The notes under the pieces: model-generated
Seen by the model: only the letters and a program-made list of their open reading frames with translations
Told to the model about the DNA's origin: nothing
Databases searched by the model: none
Position numbers and translations under genes: made by a program
DNA from: Antedon mediterranea
Taxonomy: Eukaryota > Animalia > Echinodermata
Reading direction: 5' to 3'
Length of the DNA: 64,000 bases
NCBI RefSeq assembly: GCF_964355755.1
Contig: NC_092672.1
Span: 38,898,183 to 38,962,182 of the forward strand
Shown here: piece by piece, positions 41,201 to 53,200 of the stretch
Numbering within the stretch: the stretch's first letter is position 1
Layout: every line of letters begins with the position of its first letter

Positions 41201-44200
41201 AACCTATACTAACACACATACCTTCCCTAACCCTAAAGAAGTCCAATCCTACTTCTGTATCCACGTAGCACAAGACTACTGTACACCAATTACCAATTTA
41301 CATTCTTACTGTAGTATATTTAATACAGTAAATTAAGTGGAAACCTATACTAACACACATACCTTCCCTAACCCTAAAGAAGTCCAATCCTACTTCTGTA
41401 TCCACGTAGCACAAGACTACTGTACACCAATTACCAATTTACATTCTTACTGTAGTATATTTAATACAGTAAATTAAGTGGAAACCTATACTAACACACA
41501 TACCTTCCCTAACCCTAAAGAAGTCCAATCCTACTTCTGTATCCACGTAGCACAAGACTACTGTACACCAATTACCAATTTACATTCTTACTGTAGTATA
41601 TTTAATACAGTAGATTAAGTGGAAACCTTTACTAACACACATACGTTCCCTAACCCTAAAGAAGTCCAATCCTACTTCTGTATCCACGTAGCACAAGACT
41701 ACTGTACACCAATTACCAATTTACATTCTTACTGTAGTATATTTAATACAGTAAATTAAGTGGAAACCTATACTAACACACATACCTTCCCTAACCCTAA
41801 AGAAGTCCAATCCTACTTCTGTATCCACGTAGCACAAGACTACTGTACACCAATTACCAATTTACATTCTTACTGTAGTATATTTAATACAGTAAATTAA
41901 GTGGAAACCTATACTAACACACATACCTTCCCTAACCCTAAAGAAGTCCAATCCTACTTCTGTATCCACGTAGCACAAGACTACTGTACACCAATTACCA
42001 ATTTACATTCTTACTGTAGTATATTTAATACAGTAAATTAAGTGGAAACCTATACTAACACACATACCTTCCCTAACCCTAAAGAAGTCCAATCCTACTT
42101 CTGTATCCACGTAGCACAAGACTACTGTACACCAATTACCAATTTACATTCTTACTGTAGTATATTTAATACAGTAGATTAAGTGGAAACCTATACTAAC
42201 ACACATACCTTCCCTAACCCTAAAGAAGTCCAATCCTACATTCTGTATCCACGTAGCACAAGACTACTGTACACCAATTACCAATTTACATTCTTACTGT
42301 AGTATATTTAATACAGTAGATTAAGTGGAAACCTATACTAACACACATACCTTCCCTAACCCTAAAGAAGTCCAATCCTACTTCTGTATCCACGTAGCAC
42401 AAGACTACTGTACACCAATTACCAATTTACATTCTTACTGTAGTATATTTAATACAGTAAATTAAGTGGAAACCTATACTAACACACATACCTTCCATTC
42501 CATGGTAAAAGTCTTTTACTCTTACATAAATAATATATACAGTATATAGATTGTGCTGTATATTGTAAGTAATAGTCAATGTTTACATCATTAATACCAA
42601 ATAACACCATGTAAAGTTTACTATAATAATACTATACTATCAAATAAATATTAATTTATTTCTTTTCTACATAATGTAAAACAAATATTGGTTCATTTCT
42701 TTGTGTGTAATCCCTCAATTTAAGGTGAGAGATGGTACCAATTTAAATTGCATTAATGCATGAATATTACAGTAGCATTATCTAACAAAGAGGAATCTGC
42801 TAATGTCTAAATTGGGTTTCATGCTTGGTGTGGACAGGTTTTCTGTAGTTACCAGTTGTTTTTACTTTATTGTGTGTGTCTCTGTAGTAGTTATCATTAT
42901 TAGGTAAAGTAACATACGGTAGTGGTAATGAGGGGGGGGGGGGGGGTTGTGGGGGAACTGTAGCATGAGTAAACAAATGATTAGGATTTGGTACATAGCA
43001 TTTACATCATAGATATATTGTTCACTAAAATGACATATTAACAGTTTTCTAATGTTTAAAAAACTACATTTTATACAGTGTTATTACGGTTTATGGCAAT
43101 TGCACCAAAATACCATCTTAAGCATTTTATGATTTGTTATCTTTACTTGAATATGTTACGGAAGATTACCTTTCTTTTCAACCTTAATATTTACCACGTT
43201 TATTTTTCCACATCAATGATTATGGAGAAACAGCAATAGAAAGCAGCTATGAGCCATTTAGAGGAGTTTAAGCCTACAAACAGCAGTAGAAAGCAGCTAT
43301 GAGCCATTTAGAGGAGTTTAAGTCTACAAACAGCAATAGAAAGCAGCTTTTTAAGCCATTTAGAGGAGTTTAAGCCCACAAACAGCAGTAGAAAGCAGCT
43401 ATAAGCCATTTAGAGGAGTAAGTCTACAAACAGCAATAAAGCAGCTATGAGCCATTTAGAGGAGTTTAAGCCTACAAACAGCAATATAAAGCATCTATGA
43501 GCCATTTAGAGGACAAACAGCAGTATAAAGCAGCCATGAAGCCATTTAGAGGAGTTTAAACCTACACTCAGCTGCACTGCTGGATCAGCTCATTTATTGG
43601 ACTGCATCATATCCAAAGCTATAACACTTTTTTAAAAGTCTTTCAAAATAGGAAGAAGTCTTATGTAAAACTAATATATCTTTCTTTCTTTCTTTTTTTT
43701 ATTATTCATACAAAACAAACAAAACAATACAATATTGTTGTAAACAGACTAATCCAATCTTATTCTAATGAGTACCTATTTTAACCTTACCAGGGTTTAA
43801 TCGTGTCGGCCTGGTGGACATTCTATTTTGGTTTATTGAGCACATTTTCCCCTGTGTATGGATGGCTTCTAACTATGCGAGGCCTAGCAGGTTTTGGCAT
43901 AGGGGGTGCCCCACAAGCGTAAGTTGTCATAATGTTGTCCTAACAATCAAATATGGGTCAGTAGTTAATTGTAGACAAGGTAAAACGCAATGGTTGGGTT
44001 TTGGTTTGATCATTATTAAAATAATATTTACACTTTTTTTACATTTTAATTTAGCTTTTTGCTCTATTCTCTATTTTTATAGATAGTGGGAAACCTACTG
44101 TTCATTTTCATTATTTTATGTTGACTATGTTGCAATGTCATATGACTATCTGGATTTTAAAAAATTGAATTTTCTTCTCATAGTTCATCCTACATACTGG

Positions 44201-47200
44201 TATATGTTTGATTTATCCCAAATTGTGATAATGTTATTGGTGAAACTCTACTTTCATTTAAATTTGGTGCAGCAATCACACTGGTTATATGACTAATAAC
44301 CCTAAATTCAGCAGTATTTGAACACATTCAGGGCATACTTATTTGTAGAATACTACACCCAATTTGGTGCAGTAATCATACTGGTTATATGACTAATAAC
44401 CATAAATTCAGCAGTATTTGAACACATTCAGGGCGTACTTATTTGTAGAATACTCCACCCAATTTGGTGCAGTAATCACACTGGTTATATGACTAATAAC
44501 CATAAATTCAGCAGTATTTGAACACATTCAGGGCGTACTTATTTGTAGAATACTCCACCCAATTTGGTGCCGTAATCACATTGGTTATATGACTAATAAC
44601 CATAAATTCAGCAGTATTTGAACACATTCAGGGCGTACTTATTTGTAGAATACTACACCCAATTTGGTGCAGTAATCACATTGGTTATATGACTAATAAC
44701 CCTAAATTCAGCAGTATTTGAACACATTCAGGGCGTACTTATTTGTAGAATACTCCACCCAATTTGGTGCAGTAATCACACTGGTTATATGACTAATAAC
44801 CATAAATTCAGCAGTATTTGAACACATTCAGGGCGTACTTATTTGTAGAATACTCCACCCAATTTGGTGCAGTAATCACATTGGTTATATGACTAATAAC
44901 CATAAATTCAGCAGTATTTGAACACATTCAGGGCGTACTTATTTGTTGAATACTACACCCAATTTGGTGCAGTAATCACACTGGTTATATGACTAATAAC
45001 CATAAATTCTGCAGTATTTGAACACATTCAGGGCGTACTTATTTGTAGAATACTACACCCAATTTGGTGCAGTAATCACACTGGTTATATGACTAATAAC
45101 CATAAATTCAGCAGTATTTGAACACATTCAGGGCGTACTTATTTGTTGAATACTACACCCAATTTGGTGCAGTAATCACACTGGTTATATGACTAATAAC
45201 CCTAAATTCTGCAGTATTTGAACACATTCAGGGCGTACTTATTTGTAGAATACTCCACCCAATTTGGTGCCGTAATCACATTGGTTATTATTATATGACT
45301 AATAACCATAAATTCTGCAGTATTTGAACACATTCAGGGCGTACTTATTTGTTGAATACTACACCCAATTTGGTGCAGTAATCACATTGGTTATATGACT
45401 AATAACCCTAAATTCAGCAGTATTTGAACACATTCAGGGAGTAGTTATTTGTAGAATACTACACCCAATTTCTACATACACGTTTTGACGTTTTGCAGAA
45501 CTCCTGTATTAACTTGTCATCACCAGTGACATGTTCATAAATTTAGTTTTTGTTGTTATTCGTTTAGTACAGTAGTTTATGGTATTTGGTGTTATATGGT
45601 GCTATATTGAAGTAAACTCCTCTTAATCTTTCTCTGTATCACATAACCCCAATATCACATAACCCCAATATCTAGAAAACTTTGTTTTTTTTTATTTCAG
45701 TGTTTAAATATGTAATTGTAAGTAATTTAGATGGATACTAAGACTCCATTCCATTCAAATATAATCCACCTGCTCTGAATTTCGCTCAATTATGCAGCCT
45801 AACAAAGACCAATGCTCGTATTTGGCCACCTGAACAGAAATTATTTACCTTGAATTTACCTTGAATCGACTTTATTAATGTCTTTTTTCTTCATTTTTAG
45901 TGTAACTCTTTATGCTGAATTTCTGCCAGCTGAATTCAGGGGCAGATGTCTAGTTTTTATTGAGGTATTACACACTTTTTAAAGTTAAAACTTCTCCCAA
46001 AATTGACAGATAAATGTAGTTAGTACAGCTATGATATTTAGACAGCATGTTAAATAGTTCTTGGCTGCTTTATGTTGTTTGCAGTCTAATGTAGAAAACT
46101 CCCAATTTGCATTCTTGGGTATAACATTTGTGTTACAGATTTCACACATTGTTATTGGATTATATTATACAATAAAAGCATTAAGAATGACACAAAATTG
46201 ATCGTAAATATACTAAGCAATGAAAAGCAGAAATAAAAATATTCAAAAGACATGCTCAATGAGCTTGTAACGGTAATCGTGTTGAGGGCAAAGACAGTAA
46301 CGATGGCACCAAATTGATTGTAAATATACTAAGCAGAATAAAAAGCAGAAAAAAGAATATTCAAAAGACATGCTCAATGAGCTAATGATATAATAATTTG
46401 TATTTAAATAAAATCTCGTTTTTTTTCCAGACGTTTTGGGCAGTTGGAGCTTGTTTGGAGGTAGTGATTGCTTTGATTGTAATGCCAACTTTGGGATGGC
46501 GATATTTATTGGCATTCTCGGCAGCTCCTGTTCTTTTATTTATTATTTGTTGTGCTGTAAGTTCTTCATTATTTTTATACATCTATATATAAATTTACGT
46601 AAGGGAAAAATTCGGTAAACCGCGCCTTACTTCTAGAATTTTTACTCGATGGTATATAAAGTTGGTTCGTACTTTCGGTACTGATTTTAACCACCTGATG
46701 TAACCCTGTTTACTAATTAAATTAAGTTAGATAATTAGTCATTGACTATTAAAACGAATTTAGGTTCAACGATTTGCCCCAAATAGGGGTGTTTTCCGAT
46801 CGTTGTATACACTGTCTAATAGATGTCCATCTTGAAAAATACCCGCCACAAAAATGCGAGGAGGCTTCGCATTTTCCTATCTCCTCCTACGATAATTGTT
46901 TTTAATAGCTGAAAACCGGTTGAACAGCTAGAGTACAGCATCATAATGTTGAAGACAGGCCGATTTTCTTAAAAAAATACTATTTTGATAGATTTAATAT
47001 ACGATTATACAAATGTATTGATTTGCGATGAATGGAACATCCCAATCTCTCAGTCTGCCAGAGTTTGGTTTAACACAAGTAGGTAAATTTATGAGCCCTT
47101 GGTTTAACACATACGGTAGGTAAATGTATGGGCCCTTTGAGAATAAACTTGCAATACTTTGACAATACTGTAAATACCTATTAACTATTTTTGGTCCTCA

Positions 47201-50200
47201 TTTGAATCGAGCATTTCTTACTGTGAATGTTCGTACTGTTAGATGTAATATAAAAATATATACAAATAAACTTTATTACTGAGATTGTGGATAGGCTCTA
47301 CTGTTAGATATACAAATAAACTTTATACTGACAGTTCCTTCTCAACGTTTGTATTAATTAATAATTACCAAAAATATAAACGTCTTAGTGGTGTATCGTG
47401 ACATGTACTTTAATATTTCAATCGATTATGACAGTGACAGTTTTAACAAAGTATTAAATCGCAAATGTTTTACTGTATTTAGAGGTATATTATTTATAGG
47501 TCTATAAAACATGAAAAAAAATATTTCGTTACTGAGTGGATAAAGAATATATTTAAAAATTGTTCCTCTTTGTACCTATCCGCTTTCCCATCCCTCAACC
47601 CTAATGTTACATAAAAAACACAAATTCAAAAATTTGGACTCATTTTGTGGTAAGTTTCTCCTTCGGAAGTAATTCCCAGGGTGCTAATTTTAGTTGACTA
47701 CATAAATCATCGTGTCTATTTATTCGTTTCTGTAAACGACAATGTATTATAGTCCTGCGGTACGTACATTTGAAATCGCCAGTTTTGTTACGCTGAAATT
47801 ACTGTGTATTCGAGAACCATCTGTGGGCACAACCTAGATGTCATCAATTGACTGTAGATTGATCTACAATTTTTAACCATGAACTAGAATTGATTAATCT
47901 TGTTTATTTCATAGTGGCTTCCAGAAAGTGCCAGGTATTATGTAGCTTGTGGTCAGCCTAAAAAAGCTGAGGCTGTCATAAATAAAATAGCAGTTGACAA
48001 CAACAAGCCAATGCCCCTTGGAACACTGAAGATAGATGGAGTGTCGGTAAATAATTTGCTTGATAATGATGAGTTATGAGTGTTGATTTGGATGTTGATT
48101 AACAACAAGCCAATACCTCTTGGAACACTGAAGATGATGGAGTGTCGGTAAATAATTGCTTGATAATGATGAGTTATGAGTGTTGATTTGGATGTTGATA
48201 ACAACAAGCCAATGCCTCTTTGAACACTGAAGATAGATGGAGTGTCGGTAAATAATTTGCTTGATAATGATGAGTTATGAGTGTTGATTTGGATGTTGAT
48301 TAACAACAAGCCAATACCTCTTGGAACACTGAAGATGATGGAGTGTCGGTAAATAATTGCTTGATAATGATTAGTTATGAGTGTTGATTTGGATGTTGAT
48401 TAACAACAAGCCAATACCTCTTGGAACACTGAAGATGATGGAGTGTCGGTAAATAATTGCTTGATAATGATGAGTTATGAGTGTTGATTTGGATGTTGAT
48501 AACAACAAGCCAATGCCTCTTGGAACACTGAAGATGATGGAGTGTCAGTAAATAATTGCTTGATAATGATGAGTTATGAGTGTTGATTTGGATGTTGATA
48601 ACAACAAGCCAATGCCTCTTGGAACACTGAAGATAGATGGAGTGTCGGTAAATAATTGCTTGATAATGATGAGTTATAAGTGTTGATTTGGATGTTGAAA
48701 ATAAGAATGGTTGAAATCTTATGCCATATTGTATTTTGTTATTTAATGTTAAATTAAAACAAGGTTTTCTAAGACCATGTAATCTTTAAGATGGGTGTTT
48801 GAGTTTAACCAAGTCATTTTGGCAGATTTGGTTGCGACAGAGTTCGGGTAAGACAGTAATATTGCTAAGGTAGTAAATCAAAGTGAGGATAATGTACATC
48901 ACTCTTTGCTGAATTCGAACACAAGGGAACCCTCAGTAGAGATAGAAGCTAAGACTGTTATTGTGAAAAGCGTAATTTAAATTAAATCGATTATTAAATA
49001 ATTTAAAACATTTTAATTGTTTTGTTTAAGGAAAAAAGGGGCAGATATATGGATTTAGTAAAAAACAAAGAAGTTGCTATTACAACCGGTCTTCTCCTTT
49101 TCATATGGTAAGGCTCCTTAATAAAAAAATTAAGAAGGAAAGAAAGAAGAAAGTTACTTCAGTGTTTATGGTTAGTTAGTACCAACTGTGAAATAGAGCA
49201 TTCACTACCATAGATGGCAGTATGGTAACTCATTAGCAACAATTTATTTATTGCTTGAATGTTATCCTACTTTGATCCTACTGTTATCGTCGTAAGGTGG
49301 GTTCCTGATTGAGTGGGTTTGTATGAATAGTTGTACTTGGATGTTATCCTACTTTGATCCTACTGTTATCGTCATAAGGTGGGTTCCTGATTGAGTGGGT
49401 TTGTATGAATAGTTGTACTTGGATGTTTTAGGAAATCATATAGTATTAGTGTTTACATACTAATACATTAACAGTACTGTAATAACTAAATATTAGATAT
49501 TTAACCTATAAACTGAAATTCATGCTGTCTATAGTATATTAATTGTGTTTGCATATTTACAGGTTTGCCAATGCATTCAGTTACTATGGAATTGTACTTT
49601 TAACAACCGAACTATTTGCATCTGGTCAGGAATGTGCTGGTAAGAAATAGCATTTTAATTTAATGTCTAAACAAGTGCTATTTGAAATAATTTGAAACAG
49701 CTAACAAGATTTCTCTTTTGCATTACTGTGCTGTACCTTTATATTGTACCTAGGAATGGATGGAATAAACTCCGTTTTAATTTCATTCCACTTCACAGTA
49801 ATAATAATTCCACTTGCTTTTTAGTCAATTAAAACAATCCCACATACTCTGTCTATAAACAATGATACTTGTCATAATTCCACTTGCTTTTTAGTCAATT
49901 AAAACAATCCCACATACTCTGTCTATAAACAATGATACTTGTCATAATTCCACTTGCTTTTTAGTCAATTAAAACAATCCCACATACTCTGTCTATAAAC
50001 AATGATACTTGTCATAATTCCACTTGCTTTTTAGTCAATTAAAACAATCCCACATACTCTGTCCATAAACAATGATACTTGTCATAATTCCACTTGCTTT
50101 TTAGTCAATTAAAACAATCCCACATACTCTGTCCATAAACAATGATACTTGTCATAATTCCACTTGCTTTTTAGTCAATTAAAACAATCCCACATACTCT

Positions 50201-53200
50201 GTCTATAAACAATGATACTTGTCATAATTCCACTTGCTTTTTAGTCAATTAAAACAATCCCACATACTCTGTCTATAAACAATGATACTTGTCATAATTC
50301 CACTTGCTTTTTAGTCAATTAAAACAATCCCACATACTCTGTCTATAAACAATGATACTTGTCATAATTCCACTTGCTTTTTAGTCAATTAAAACAATCC
50401 CACATACTCTGTCTATAAACAATGATACTTGTCATAATTCCACTTGCTTTTTAGTCAATTAAAACAATCCCACATACTCTGTCCATAAACAATGATACTT
50501 GTCATAATTCCACTTGCTTTTTAGTCAATTAAAACAATCCCACATACTCTGTCCATAAACAATGATACTTGTCATAATTCCACTTGCTTTTTAGTCAATT
50601 AAAACAATCCCACATACTCTGTCTATAAACAATGATACTTGTCATAATTCCACTTGCTTTTTAGTCAATTAAAACAATCCCACATACTCTGTCTATAAAC
50701 AATGATACTTGTCATAATTCCACTTGCTTTTTAGTCAATTAAAACAATCCCACATACTCTGTCTATAAACAATGATACTTGTCATAATTCCACTTGCTTT
50801 TTAGTCAATTAAAACAATCCCACATACTCTGACTATAAACAATGATACTTGTCATAATTCCACTTGCTTTTTAGTCAATTAAAACAATCCCACATACTCT
50901 GTCTATAAACAATGATACTTGTCATAATTCCACTTGCTTTTTAGTCAATTAAAACAATCCCACATACTCTGTCTATAAACAATGATACTTGTCATAATTC
51001 CACTTGCTTTTTAGTCAATTAAAACAATCCCACATACTCTGTCTATAAACAATGATACTTGTCATAATTCCACTTGCTTTTTAGTCAATTAAAACAATCC
51101 CACATACTCTGTCTATAAACAATGATACTTGTCATAATTCCACTTGCTTTTTAGTCAATTAAAACAATCCCACATACTCTGTCTATAAACAATGATACTT
51201 GTCATAATTCCACTTGCTTTTTAGTCAATTAAAACAATCCCACATACTCTGTCTATAAACAATGATACTTGTCATAATTCCACTTGCTTTTTAGTCAATT
51301 AAAACAATCCCACATACTCTGTCCATAAACAATGATACTTGTCATAATTCCACTTGCTTTTTAGTCAATTAAAACAATCCCACATACTCTGTCCATAAAC
51401 AATGATACTTGTCATAATTCCACTTGCTTTTTAGTCAATTAAAACAATCCCACATACTCTGTCCATAAACAATGATACTTGTCATAATTCCACTTGCTTT
51501 TTAGTCAATTAAAACAATCCCACATACTCTGTCTATAAACAATGATACTTGTCATAATTCCACTTGCTTTTTAGTCAATTAAAACAATCCCACATACTCT
51601 GTCCATAAACAATGATACTTGTCATAATTCCACTTGCTTTTTAGTCAATTAAAACAATCCCACATACTCTGTCCATAAACAATGATACTTGTCATAATTC
51701 CACTTGCTTTTTAGTCAATTAAAACAATCCCACATACTCTGTCCATAAACAATGATACTTGTCATAATTTTATTTGATTATGAACCTGGTGTGGTCGCAA
51801 TATATTACTTATCTGTTGCTTATGCTTAAAATGACATTTGGTATGTCATTTCCTTTTATTACAATAAGTTAAAAATAATAATTAATATTTAGTGAATTTT
51901 GCACATGCTTGCTATACACGCCATGATATAATTGATTATCTAGATGATATTTTATAATTTATAGCTAGTGTATCTGATGTTGATTTAAGATGTGAAGCAG
52001 AATGTACAACTCTTAATACAGATGATTATGTTGATCTTCTATGGACAACGTTAGCAGAATTTCCTGGTATGTACTTATATCTAGGGAGACACAGGGGGAC
52101 AACTAGGGGGCCAAAGGGCTGGATGGGTTTTCTGCTACTGAATAAATCGGGGTCATTTTAGACATCCTTGTAGATAAAAATGTTGGCCTATTATACTATC
52201 TCCTTGTCTGAAAAGGACTCATCAGAAGGGGCATCAGAAAAAAGGTGGCATCAGAAAAAAGGGACATCAGAAAAAAGGAACATCGGAAAAAAGGGCACAT
52301 CAGAAAAAAGGGGTTTGAACCCTACGTACCCCCTGGCTACAGACTTTTTGATAATTTAATGTCAAATACAATTTTCAATAAATTTGTTTTCAGGAATTCT
52401 ACTTACTATATTATTGATTGATCTAATTGGAAGAAAGAAAACAATGAGTTTATTATTTTTCTGTTTTGCAATATTCACCTTACTTGTACTTATATGTACT
52501 ACAAGGTTAGTTTTACTTTATTTTCCCCCCATAATATCTATAACATTATCATACAAGTTATTAAGCATTTCCAACTAAATTTATAAGGTTAGTTTTACTT
52601 TATTTTCCCCCATAATATCTATAACATGATCATACAAGTTATTAAGCATTTCCATCTAGATTTATAAGGTTAGTTTTACTTTATTTGCCCCCATAATATC
52701 TATAACATTATCATACAAGTTATTAAGCATTTCCAACTAAATTTATAAGGTTAGTTTTACTTTATTTTCCCACCATAATATCTATAACATTATCATACAA
52801 GTTATTAAACATTTCCAACTAAATTTACAAGGTTAGTTTTACTTTATTTGCCCCCCATAATATCTATAACATTATCATACAAGTTATTAAGCATTTCCAA
52901 CTAAATTTATAAGGTTAGTTTTACTTTATTTGCCCCCATAATATCTATAACATTATCATACAAGTTATTAAGCATTTCCAACTAAATTTGCCGATGTATT
53001 TTATTGAACAGTAATGTTAATTTGTATTTTGATAAAAAGAAGAAAAGTAATAATATATCTCATTTTCTTTTTAATGCAGAACAATTTTGACTATATTCTT
53101 ATTTTGTGCAAGAGCATTTATTGTGGGTTCTTTTCAAGCCACTTATGTCTACACACCAGAGGTAATGTTTTAATACATATATTAATCTAGGACGATGCAC

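Noticed and set aside
52080-52345. hAT-like MITE remnant (CAGGGG ... CCCCCTGGCTAC) with short internal repeats
   Set aside because: TIRs are too degenerate and no TSD could be identified.
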